Positions 37,859 through 46,992 are shown, numbered from the stretch's first letter. The stretch: 64,000 nucleotides of DNA from Candidatus Uhrbacteria bacterium RIFCSPLOWO2_01_FULL_47_17 (GCA_001791305.1 MGEI01000005.1:404208-468207); one strand, 5' to 3'. The notes: generated by a model not told the origin, from the letters alone. Made by a program: numbers and translations.

Positions 37859-38605
37859 TTACTCCGGGGGAAGCATCCCGAAGGAAATGAGATGTTGGCG
37901 AATGTCGCGCGAATCTTTTTCGGCGACACGAACGTTTGGATGTGCTTCGAGAAACGCATTGTTGCTCGCGTACTCATCCGCCTTGCGACCACTTCTTCGT
38001 ATGAGGAGGACGGGCCAACCACGTTTTGCGGTTGCGAGGATTTCGCGTTCCGTCACGCCACCGCCGTTGTAGACGATGAGCAATGATTTGAATTCCGCGA
38101 ACTCGCGCAGGTCTTTCGTGATCTGCAAGCACTCTTCGAACTCCGCGTCCCAAATGGCCGGTTGATCCGGCGACACTTGAACGAGCAGGCACATATCTTG
38201 GTTCGGATGAATGATGGTGCGATAGGTATCCGCATCACTCTCCGAAACCACGAGTCCGTGTTCCGTGATTTTGATCTCCGACGTCCTCGGCACAACGCCG
38301 AGTGACACCATGTTTGGACACACGTCGCGAATGTGCGACGGAATCTCGGTGATCCCAGGCACAATCTGCGACACGTCTTGTTTCTGAATCATGCGCGTGC
38401 CACCAAAGAGCATGGCGCCTGCAAATCCAGCGAATGCATCTGCGAAGAGCGAAAGAAAATCCCGCGCATCCTCGGCGGACATGTATCCACATCCGCCCGT
38501 GAGTCGTACAACAACTCGATTGCGAGCGGTCGTGAGTCTCAGAGCGATCTTTACTGACCGGTCTCCTTGATTCTTCACGAACAAGGAGGGAATGATGTGT
38601 GACAT
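37859..38605 (-). CDS. SLOG-superfamily protein, TRPM-type (LSDAT-like), paralog
   Basis: LTGG, FGGT, LGVVP, W, NGGGVT, WPVLLIRRSGRKAD; aligns with the neighbouring protein. Confidence 0.78.
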   Translation of the reverse strand: MSHIIPSLFVKNQGDRSVKIALRLTTARNRVVVRLTGGCGYMSAEDARDFLSLFADAFAGFAGAMLFGGTRMIQKQDVSQIVPGITEIPSHIRDVCPNMVSLGVVPRTSEIKITEHGLVVSESDADTYRTIIHPNQDMCLLVQVSPDQPAIWDAEFEECLQITKDLREFAEFKSLLIVYNGGGVTEREILATAKRGWPVLLIRRSGRKADEYASNNAFLEAHPNVRVAEKDSRDIRQHLISFGMLPPE

Positions 38606-38751
38606 CGTGTTCTCCTTGTGTTTGTGAACCTTCGATTTCAGAACCTCATGGTTGAGGTGCTGAAGAAAAGGGCTCTGTCATTTCTTTTTGCGGATCTGTA
38701 TGTGCAAGCGGAAATGGAGAGCAGGGGAGAGTTGAGAAAGAGCGAAGAGAC

Positions 38752-39510
38752 TTAGACGTGGATCTGATTCGAGTTGATGCACTCCACGCCGCGAGCGATG
38801 AGGCGCGCTTCCATGAAGGCAATCGAACCCGGGTAGTCGCCATCGGGAGGCAAGCCAACCGAACGCGTGCCGTCGCGGACGATGTAGGACTCGAAGCCTT
38901 CGAGTGCGGCGTCTTCGGCCGTGAAGCCAACGCAGAAGTCGAACGCGAGACCGACGATGAACACGCGCCTGATGCCGCGCTCCTTCAGAATGCGACCGAG
39001 TCCGGTCGGCATCCAAAGCGTATCGCGAAACGCGCTGTAGCTGTCGACACGCGGATCCGTTCCTTTCGGAAAGTGCAGAACGAACGCGCTCTCGAGATCA
39101 CGCAAGCCATCGAAGAGACGAATCTCGTTCGTGGTCATTTCGGCATGTTCGTCCCAGAGGAGCGTTTCGTGCCGATTCAGGCGCATGAGGTAAGCGATCA
39201 AGTCTTCATTGGTGAAGAGTGCATGTTTCGCGATCTTGACCTTGTGACCCAAAACTTCCGTGATCGTGAGCGGACCGCGAGCCCGCTTCACGTAGGAGGT
39301 TCGATAGTTGATGTGTCCTTTCGGATGCGCGTCAAAGACGTTGTATCGCTGATTGCGCTTGAATTTCAGAACGAGCTCTCGGATGACATCGACGATTTCA
39401 AGGGCGCCAGGCACGGGCAGTCCGCCATTTGGACCGAATGCATTTGTGACATCGACCACGATGACAGCATCGCCTTTGCCGATCTGAATCAAACCATCAA
39501 GGTTCCGCAT
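38752..39510 (-). CDS. pncA: Nicotinamidase
   Basis: VVDVTNAF..GGL, DAHPKGH, W..H, KGT...DSYSAF, GLAFDFCV. Confidence 0.92.
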   Translation of the reverse strand: MRNLDGLIQIGKGDAVIVVDVTNAFGPNGGLPVPGALEIVDVIRELVLKFKRNQRYNVFDAHPKGHINYRTSYVKRARGPLTITEVLGHKVKIAKHALFTNEDLIAYLMRLNRHETLLWDEHAEMTTNEIRLFDGLRDLESAFVLHFPKGTDPRVDSYSAFRDTLWMPTGLGRILKERGIRRVFIVGLAFDFCVGFTAEDAALEGFESYIVRDGTRSVGLPPDGDYPGSIAFMEARLIARGVECINSNQIHV

Positions 39511-39617
39511 GACTTCTCCTCATTCCCCACATGGGGGAGTTTAATGAACAGCAGCTGCGGGAAACCCTGTGTTTTCCGCATGTGAATTCATTGAAAAACG
39601 TATTTTTAGAACCCGAG

Positions 39618-39646
39618 AGAATACCAGTTTTTGGCGAAAATGTCAA
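39618..39646 (-). promoter_or_regulatory. Proximal promoter of the NAD operon
   Basis: TTGACA-17-TATTCT on minus strand. Confidence 0.65.
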
Positions 39647-39725
39647 TGGTTTTTGGCCTGTTTACACGAACGGATCCTCGGGCGCCTCTTTCATGGATTT
39701 TTCGGTTGGAACGAACGTTAAATTA

Positions 39726-39759
39726 AAGTAAGTGTAGTACATACACTTACTTGTGTCAA
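39726..39759 (-). promoter_or_regulatory. Distal promoter overlapped by NrtR-type operator
   Basis: Palindrome AAGTAAGTGTA-GTACA-TACACTTACTT (GT-N7-AC core) overlapping the spacer and -10 of TTGACA-17-TACACT. Confidence 0.82.
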
Positions 39760-39818
39760 GACCCAATAAAAACGCACCAATCTTTCGATTTGGTGCGTTT
39801 TGTTCCGTTGACTTTTCG

Positions 39819-40487
39819 TTACATTATCTCTACATATTCCAGCTTCTTGTGCTTGAACTTATAGAGCTCCGCCGGGCGGTTTGCCTCGCCGCCTCGTTTC
39901 TTTCCAATCGGAACGATCAGATCAAGAGCCAAAATGCGCTTACGGAAGTTGCGTTTATCAACAGTTGTATCAAGAATAATCTCGTAAACACGCTGTAAAT
40001 CTGTGAGGGTGAACTCTTCGGAAAGCAGGCTCCAGGCGATGTTTGTGTACTGGAGTCGGCTTTTGAGCCGTGTAATTGCTTCTTTTGCGATGTGCTTATG
40101 ATCATAAGCCAATTCCGGGAGTTTTTTCACGGGCCACCACTTCACGTCTTGGTACTTATCGGTTGTTTTGAGCTCGACTTCCGATGAGGAAATAAGCGCA
40201 AACGACGCGACCGAGATCACACGCTCGAGTTGATCGCGTTCAATGGAATCAAACGTTTTGAGCTGTTCGAGGTAGACGTTCGAAACACCGGTTTGTTCTT
40301 TTAAGATCCGAACGGCCGTCTCTTCGGTTGTCTCTGTATTCTCGACGCGTCCGCCAGGGAAGGCCCAGAGTCCTGTATACGGCGACTTTTTCATTTGGAT
40401 GAGAAGGGCGCAGAGTTCGCCGTCTTTGACGGTGAAGATGACGGTATCAACCGCGACGATGATCGATTGCTTTGGGGGATTGGGCAT
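39819..40487 (-). CDS. nrtR: NrtR-family regulator (NUDIX sensor + winged HTH)
   Basis: VAVDTVIF, WAFPGG, YLEQLKTF, LAYDH, FTLTDLQRVYE, DKRNFRK, RPAELY. Confidence 0.93.
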   Translation of the reverse strand: MPNPPKQSIIVAVDTVIFTVKDGELCALLIQMKKSPYTGLWAFPGGRVENTETTEETAVRILKEQTGVSNVYLEQLKTFDSIERDQLERVISVASFALISSSEVELKTTDKYQDVKWWPVKKLPELAYDHKHIAKEAITRLKSRLQYTNIAWSLLSEEFTLTDLQRVYEIILDTTVDKRNFRKRILALDLIVPIGKKRGGEANRPAELYKFKHKKLEYVEIM

Positions 40488-40492
40488 ATTTG

Positions 40493-40539
40493 TTTGTGTA
40501 AATTACACACAAAGTACCAGAGAATGCGCGTTGCGTCAA
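40493..40539 (-). promoter_or_regulatory. nrtR promoter with second NrtR-type operator
   Basis: TTGACG-17-TACTTT followed by TTTGTGT-N7-ACACAAA (40493-40513). Confidence 0.72.
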
Positions 40540-40582
40540 GCGGGTGGAAAAAAGCGCGCGAGTCTCGTATACTATTCTCACT

Positions 40583-40885
40583 ATGTTTGATCGAGAAAAA
40601 TCACCATACATTCCACCCATGACCGGAGAAGAAGCGCTCGCCATGTTTGGCGATCGTTCACTCCTTACGCTTGAAGAGCAGCGTGATCGTCTTGGTTTGC
40701 TCACAAATGAAATGGCACAAGAACTTGCCGCACTTCGTGAAGATCCCGAAGCAGATTGGGAGGTTGTTTCAAGATTGGAATCTGATTTGGATGAGGTGCG
40801 TGAAACATTAAGCAGAACAAACAAAGAGATTCGAAAATTAGGACAAGATTTTGGAAAGAAGCGCGGTCCGCTTACGCTGCATTAA
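40583..40885 (+). CDS. Hypothetical coiled-coil protein
   Basis: 100-aa acidic helical ORF ending 3 nt before murA. Confidence 0.7.
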   Translation: MFDREKSPYIPPMTGEEALAMFGDRSLLTLEEQRDRLGLLTNEMAQELAALREDPEADWEVVSRLESDLDEVRETLSRTNKEIRKLGQDFGKKRGPLTLH

Positions 40886-40888
40886 CTT

Positions 40889-42187
40889 ATGTCTGTTTTT
40901 CATGTCACCGGCGGGAAACCTCTCATTGGAGAAATTACTGTTTCTGGCGCAAAGAACGCTGCGTCCAAAATGTTGATCGCAACATTGCTCACTTCGGAAT
41001 CCGTTGTACTCAAAAATGTTCCGCGTCAACAAGAAACACAAATCACGCAAGAGATTCTCGAAGCCGTTGGGGCGAAGATCGACTGGCGCGCGCAGAATGA
41101 AGTGTGTGTAACAACAGCGTCGATCGCATCCACAAACGCTACATCACTCTCGCGAAAAAATCGCATTAGTATTTTGGCACTCGCGCCACTCTTGCATCGT
41201 GCGGGCGAAGCATTTGTTCCTCGGGTGGGTGGCGACGCGATTGGGCCGCGCCCCGTGAATTTTCATATTGATATTTTGACGAAGATGGGTGCGGAAATTT
41301 CCGAAACAGAAAACGGATATCACGCAAAAATCTTGAAACGATTAAAAGGAACACTCATTGAGCTCGCGTATCCATCCGTCGGCGCAACGGAAACCGCTAT
41401 TCTCGCCGGTGTACTTGCTGAAGGTCGCACCACGATCAGAAACGCGGCGGGAGAGCCGGAAGTAAAACAGTTGATCATGATGCTCCAAAACATGGGAGCG
41501 ATTATTCAGATCAATTCTGGACGTTGGATTGAAATTTTCGGCGTTGAAAAATTACGAGGAACAGAAGTCACAGTGATGCCGGACCGCATCGAGGCCGCAT
41601 CGTACGGATCGATGGCGATCGGAACGCGTGGCGAAATTCTCGTCCGCGGCGCAGAGCATGCGCATATGATGACGTTTCTCAATGCGGTGCGTAGAATCGG
41701 TGGGGAATATGAAGTGAAGCCGAACGGGATTTTGTTTCGCGGAACGCGGCCGCTGAAAGGTATTGAGCTCGAGACCGACACACATCCAGGCTTTATGACC
41801 GACTGGCAGCAACCGTTCGTCACTGTTCTTACACAGGCCGAAGGAACTTCGGTCGTGCACGAAACGGTTTACGAAGAACGCTTCGGCTACACAGACGCAC
41901 TCAAAAAAATGGGGGCGGACATCACGCTCTTCTCGAATTGTCTTGGTGAAAGTCCGTGTCGATTTAAAGGCATGAATTACAAACACTCGGCGGTGATCAA
42001 CGGACCATCGAAATTGCACGCCGCCGAAGTTGAAGTCCCAGACATTCGCGCCGGCCTCGCGTTCGTTGTTGCAGCACTCATTGCAGACGGCACATCGACC
42101 CTTACAGGAATCGAACATCTTGATCGTGGGTATGAGAACCTCGAAGAGAAACTGCGGGGAGTTGGCGCGGATATAAAAAGAGAGTGA
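40889..42187 (+). CDS. murA: UDP-N-acetylglucosamine 1-carboxyvinyltransferase (Asp variant)
   Basis: SGAKNA, GGDAIGPRP, PSVGATE, PDRIEA, PGFMTD, DIRAG, DRGYE. Confidence 0.96.
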   Translation: MSVFHVTGGKPLIGEITVSGAKNAASKMLIATLLTSESVVLKNVPRQQETQITQEILEAVGAKIDWRAQNEVCVTTASIASTNATSLSRKNRISILALAPLLHRAGEAFVPRVGGDAIGPRPVNFHIDILTKMGAEISETENGYHAKILKRLKGTLIELAYPSVGATETAILAGVLAEGRTTIRNAAGEPEVKQLIMMLQNMGAIIQINSGRWIEIFGVEKLRGTEVTVMPDRIEAASYGSMAIGTRGEILVRGAEHAHMMTFLNAVRRIGGEYEVKPNGILFRGTRPLKGIELETDTHPGFMTDWQQPFVTVLTQAEGTSVVHETVYEERFGYTDALKKMGADITLFSNCLGESPCRFKGMNYKHSAVINGPSKLHAAEVEVPDIRAGLAFVVAALIADGTSTLTGIEHLDRGYENLEEKLRGVGADIKRE

Positions 42188-42313
42188 ATAAGTGATGGAG
42201 TGGAAGAGTGAAGGAAGAAAACAATTTTTGTTTTTGTAATGCCTCTTCTGCCGATTTACTAAATAGAAAAATTGCCCCCCTCGATCACTCCTCCACTCCA
42301 TCACTCATTCACT
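42183..42313. repeat. ~29-bp inverted repeats built of AGTGNNNN octamers
   Basis: 42183-42211 matches the reverse complement of 42285-42313 with 2 mismatches. Confidence 0.8.
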
Positions 42314-42321
42314 TTGTCTCT

Positions 42322-43002
42322 ATGTTTCTCACCCTCTTATTTTCCTCCCCACCTCTCGCCCTCGCCTGGATCCTCGCGATTCTTTTTTCGCTCACCATTC
42401 ACGAATTTTCGCACGCTCTCGTCGGCAAGCTGAAGGGCGATCACACGGCCGAGCGCGAAGGTCGACTCACACTTAATCCAATGGCACACTTAGATTTATT
42501 TGGATTTATTCCGCTTTTGCTGTTTGGATTTGGTTGGGCAAAACCCGTTCCGTTTAATCCGTACAATTTAAAAAATCCAAAATGGGATTCTGTGCTCATT
42601 GCGCTTGCTGGACCTGGATCAAACTTGATCATCGCGGCTGTGTGCTCCGTCGCATTTCGTGTGCTTCTCGAAGGGGGATTGTCACCTTATAGTTTGCTCA
42701 CTGCGTTTCTCTTTTTTCTCATCCTCCTCAATTTGTTTTTAGCGCTTTTCAATGTCATTCCAATCGCGCCACTCGATGGATCCAAATTATTTTTCGCGCT
42801 TTTCGATGCGCCAAAGTATGAACAGCTCAGGAACTTCGTCGCGTTTCGCGGCCCACAAATCTTGATGTTCGCTGTACTCATTTCGCTTTTTACAAATTTT
42901 AACATCTTCTTTTTTATCTCCACGCCAGCATACGCGATTTGTGACACACTTACCGGTGCAAGTTGTGCGGCGTATCAAGGGATGTTGTTTGGATCGTTGT
43001 AA
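42322..43002 (+). CDS. Site-2 protease family (M50) membrane metalloprotease
   Basis: HEFSH, LNPMAHLD, AGPGSN, FNVIPIAPLDG. Confidence 0.92.
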   Translation: MFLTLLFSSPPLALAWILAILFSLTIHEFSHALVGKLKGDHTAEREGRLTLNPMAHLDLFGFIPLLLFGFGWAKPVPFNPYNLKNPKWDSVLIALAGPGSNLIIAAVCSVAFRVLLEGGLSPYSLLTAFLFFLILLNLFLALFNVIPIAPLDGSKLFFALFDAPKYEQLRNFVAFRGPQILMFAVLISLFTNFNIFFFISTPAYAICDTLTGASCAAYQGMLFGSL

Positions 43003-43071
43003 AACGGTTCACGCTTTGACTTTTTTCCTCTTCGACTTTATGCTGCCTCCAGCTCTTTCCTGGAGGATTTC

Positions 43072-43788
43072 ATGTTTTTAAGATTTGGGGAGCAGTTTTA
43101 TCCCGTGATCCACGTTGTGGATGATGTACAAGCGCTCCGCAATGTCCGCATTGCGTTTGAAAACGGTGCGCATGGGGTGTTTCTCATCAATCACGAATGT
43201 TCTGCGCAAACCCTGCTCGGTGTTTACCAAGCTGTGCGTTCGGTGTTTCCGAATCGTTGGATCGGTCTCAATTTTCTTGATCTTGATCCGCTTCAAGCGC
43301 TGACAGTTGTACCACAAGACGCAAACGCTCTTTGGGTTGATTCCGTACGAATCAATCTTGCGGCAGAAGATCCGGTGCAACACGCGCGTCGTTACGATCT
43401 GTTTCGTCGCTCGACCGGTATACGCTGGCGCGGCGAGTTGTTTGGAGGCGTTGCTTTCAAGTACCAACCGCAAAACGGCGATCCTGCACGCGAAGCCGAA
43501 CTCGCTGCTCCGTTTGTGGACGTGATTACCACAAGCGGTTCCGGAACGGGTTCCGCGCCGGACATCGAGAAAATCCATCTCATGAGGTTCGCCACACCCC
43601 TCAAACCACTCGCGATTGCAAGCGGCATGACCCCGGAAAACGTCCGTGATTTCATCCCGCTCGCAAGCAAGTTCCTGGTCGCAACCGGCATCAGCGATTC
43701 CCACACCGAACTGAATCCCGCCCGCGTCCGCGCCTTCGCAGACGCCGTCACCGCGTACACCCTCGAACTCTACGACCTTCAATCCTGA
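43072..43788 (+). CDS. BtpA/SgcQ-family TIM-barrel protein
   Basis: GVFLIN, IGLNFL, GGVAFKYQ, TSGSGTG, ASGMTPEN, VATG. Confidence 0.75.
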   Translation: MFLRFGEQFYPVIHVVDDVQALRNVRIAFENGAHGVFLINHECSAQTLLGVYQAVRSVFPNRWIGLNFLDLDPLQALTVVPQDANALWVDSVRINLAAEDPVQHARRYDLFRRSTGIRWRGELFGGVAFKYQPQNGDPAREAELAAPFVDVITTSGSGTGSAPDIEKIHLMRFATPLKPLAIASGMTPENVRDFIPLASKFLVATGISDSHTELNPARVRAFADAVTAYTLELYDLQS

Positions 43789-43959
43789 GACACCTCTCAG
43801 GTTTTTTGTTTGAAAAACCCACAAAAACCCCACAAACCATTGACAAAATCGCATTTTTGTGGTATATTTATCCGTCAAAAATTGGGCGAAGTGCGCCCTC
43901 TTTTTGCACGATTGTTCGCTAAAATCGAACCTTTATTGTTTCAGCCAAAGAGGTGACAC

Positions 43960-46900
43960 GTGTCGAATCAAGAGAAAAAAGGTGCATTCGGGTTCATTGT
44001 GAATGAAGCGGTTGGAAAAGTGGAACCTGTTCTTGTCGTAGTTGATAAGAATGGGGATGCAGAAGTGTTCGATGTTCTGAGTGTTCGTCAACAAGCATCA
44101 AAAAGTCTTCCGTTCGACGATTACGAGGCTCAGTTCCTCGATCTTGTGCGACAGAATCAGGTCGTCATCCTCGCGGCCGAAACCGGCGCGGGGAAGTCGA
44201 CCAAGGGTCCGCTCGCGCTCCTGCGTGCAGGGCTCGGTGGCAGCAAGTTGATCGGGGTTTCCGAACCTCGTCGACCGGCTGCAACCTTGCTTGCAAAGTG
44301 GGTGGCGGAACTTTACGGAACTAAACTTGGTGACGAGGTTGGTTATCAGATTGGTCAGGATCGCACGCTTGGATCCTCGACGAAGCTCGTGTATCTGACC
44401 GAAGGCGTCCTTCTGAACCAGCTCCACTCGGATCCGCTTCTCTCGCGCTACAGCGTCATCGTCCTCGACGAGGTGCATGAGCGTGGGGTGAATCAGGATT
44501 TGTTGATGGCGCTCGTGAAGAACGTGCTTCCGAAGCGGCCTGACCTCAAAGTTGTGGTCATGTCGGCCACGATCGATACGGACAAGTTTTCAAAGTACTT
44601 CGGCAATGCTCCTGTGCTCACGGTTCCCGGTCGGGTTTTCCCGGTTGAGATCCGTTATGCAAAGGAGACTCCGGAGAATGGCAACATGGTCAAGGCTGCG
44701 ATCGAAAAGGTTCTCGAGATTTTGCATAGCAACGAGCCGGGCGACATCCTCGTTTTCCTCCCGGATCAGTCCACCATCATGCAAGTTGTGAGCGCGCTCG
44801 AAAAAGAAATGGAGCGCGAACTCTCGCGTTACCGGTTCCTGCCGCTTTACGGCTCGCAGGCACCGGATGATCAAGCCGAAGTCTTCGTGGTCGATCATCG
44901 TCGTCGCGTCATTGTGGCGACGAACATCGCGGAAACCTCGCTCACGATTGATCCTCTTGGACACACCGTCGATTCTGGGCTCATCAAGGCGACGGTCTAC
45001 GTCGATGCCAACATGTCCGCGCTGCAAGTGACCGAGCATTCGAAAGCTGGTTGCAATCAACGCGCAGGACGAGTTGGTCGAACCAAAGGTGGTATCTGCC
45101 ACCGTCTGTATACGAGAGAAGATTTCGAAAGCCGCGTGGAATTCACGAAGCCCGAGATCTTGCGCATGTCGCTCGATCAAGTGCTTCTGGACCTGCGTTG
45201 CATGAAGCATTCGCTTGCGGAAATCCTCGCTCTCGACCTCATGGATGCTCCGAAGCCCGAACAGTGGAAGGACGCCGAAACGCGTCTGAAGCTGCTTGGT
45301 GCGCTCGGCGCGGACGGGGAGGTCACGAAGGATGGGTTCAGGATGAAGAAGTTCCATGTGGAGCCGATGATCGGCCGCATGATCCTTGAGGGCGAAAAGC
45401 ACGGATGTCTGGAAGAAGTGATCGTGATCGCTGCGTGCCTTGCAAGTACGCGCCCGATCTTCGTCGCTCCGAAAGACAAGCGTGAAGAAGCTCGCAGGGC
45501 AAAGAAGGCCTTCGACGATCCGAACTCGGACTTGCTCACCTTTCTCAAGGTGTGGAGGATCTGGGATCAGTCCGAAGGAGATCATCGTTGGGCGAGGGAA
45601 AATTTCCTCTCGTCTCGTGCGCTCAGTCAGGTGGATCGCATGCGCGACCAGCTGATCGATACGCTCGAGCGTGAAGGGGTTGAATACTCGTCTTCGAATA
45701 ACGAGCTCGCGCTCCGTAAGGCGGTTGCCGCGGGACTCATCGTGAATATTGCGCAGAGGACAGGCGAATACAATTACGCATGGAACGGTCGCGGAACGTT
45801 CATCTCTCCAGGCTCCGCGCTGTTTGGAGATGATCCGCCGCGACTGCTCGTGTGCACCAAAGTCATGGAATCCACTTCGACCCGTACGAATAATCGAACG
45901 GGACGTCCGGAACAGGTGACACGTGCATACATGCACAACTGTCACGCGATTGAACTTGCGTGGCTGAATGAACTCGTGCCCGCGGAAGCGTGCGTGGTTG
46001 ATGTGACTTTTGAGACGGATTATGAAACGAAGAAGGATCAGTTGGTGTATCGACGTTCGTGGAACGGAATCGAACTCGAGCGTAAAACCTTGGAGACGAT
46101 TCCGGAATCACTCATTCCGTTCATTGCCGCTTGGGTGACCAAGCAGCTTGCAGACGGGTATGGATTTTTCTGTGATAGCGCGCCGCAGCTCGTGAAGATA
46201 AAGAAGCGGATCGCTCCAGCGATTCCGTTGTATGTCTTTGGTGACGAACGGCGTCAGCTCATGCAGCCGACCATGGAATTGTTTACGAAAGCGATTGCGA
46301 AGAAGATCGCGGGGAAGCCCACGATCGAACTCGTTCTCGCGGCAGTGAACGCAATCACCGCGGAAGACATTTTGATCGGTGACGCACTCAAGGTTTACCA
46401 AGCGCAACACGCGGCAGAGATGCAACGTGAGCGTGAGGAAACCGAGGCGCGTGCTCGTCGTGAACAAAACCTGCGCGAACAACAGGAACGCATGTTGGAA
46501 CAGCAGCGAAAGTCTCGCGAAAAGGCCGCGCAAGAGCGAGCCGAACGTGAGCGGATTGAAGCTGAGCGGTGCGTGACGGTTCGTTCGAACGTGGTTCGTC
46601 TTCCGGAGTCGCTTGTGGATCAACGCGAGTTGATTCTCCTGTGGCTCTCGGAGCTCGAAGAGGCAAAGACCGCGCTTCAAGCCGAACTCGCATGGGTGGA
46701 AACACTCAAGCGTGGTGTGGTGAAAGGTGAGATCATTGCTCTCACGTTTCGTGATCGGGGTGACGGGTTCATGGTTGCGGATTGGAAACGTGAGTTGGTC
46801 ATGGCTCCGGCAAACGACCTCGCTCATTATCCGAAAAGCAACGAATCTTGGTGGTGCCACGTGATTCCTAGGAACGGTCCGACGCAAATTTTGCTCTGCC

Positions 46901-46992
46901 GCAAGGTAGGCAAGAAGCGGGCAGACATCGAGAAAATCCTTCAAGATGGTCTCGAAATGTTCCCCGGCCTCCCGAGTCAGCTCCTTCAGTAG
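43960..46992 (+). CDS. HrpA-like DEAH/DEVH-box RNA helicase with C-terminal coiled coil
   Basis: AETGAGKST, PRRPAA, DEVHER, MSAT, ATNIAETSLT, QRAGRVGR, HA2/OB regions. Confidence 0.9.
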   Translation: MSNQEKKGAFGFIVNEAVGKVEPVLVVVDKNGDAEVFDVLSVRQQASKSLPFDDYEAQFLDLVRQNQVVILAAETGAGKSTKGPLALLRAGLGGSKLIGVSEPRRPAATLLAKWVAELYGTKLGDEVGYQIGQDRTLGSSTKLVYLTEGVLLNQLHSDPLLSRYSVIVLDEVHERGVNQDLLMALVKNVLPKRPDLKVVVMSATIDTDKFSKYFGNAPVLTVPGRVFPVEIRYAKETPENGNMVKAAIEKVLEILHSNEPGDILVFLPDQSTIMQVVSALEKEMERELSRYRFLPLYGSQAPDDQAEVFVVDHRRRVIVATNIAETSLTIDPLGHTVDSGLIKATVYVDANMSALQVTEHSKAGCNQRAGRVGRTKGGICHRLYTREDFESRVEFTKPEILRMSLDQVLLDLRCMKHSLAEILALDLMDAPKPEQWKDAETRLKLLGALGADGEVTKDGFRMKKFHVEPMIGRMILEGEKHGCLEEVIVIAACLASTRPIFVAPKDKREEARRAKKAFDDPNSDLLTFLKVWRIWDQSEGDHRWARENFLSSRALSQVDRMRDQLIDTLEREGVEYSSSNNELALRKAVAAGLIVNIAQRTGEYNYAWNGRGTFISPGSALFGDDPPRLLVCTKVMESTSTRTNNRTGRPEQVTRAYMHNCHAIELAWLNELVPAEACVVDVTFETDYETKKDQLVYRRSWNGIELERKTLETIPESLIPFIAAWVTKQLADGYGFFCDSAPQLVKIKKRIAPAIPLYVFGDERRQLMQPTMELFTKAIAKKIAGKPTIELVLAAVNAITAEDILIGDALKVYQAQHAAEMQREREETEARARREQNLREQQERMLEQQRKSREKAAQERAERERIEAERCVTVRSNVVRLPESLVDQRELILLWLSELEEAKTALQAELAWVETLKRGVVKGEIIALTFRDRGDGFMVADWKRELVMAPANDLAHYPKSNESWWCHVIPRNGPTQILLCRKVGKKRADIEKILQDGLEMFPGLPSQLLQ

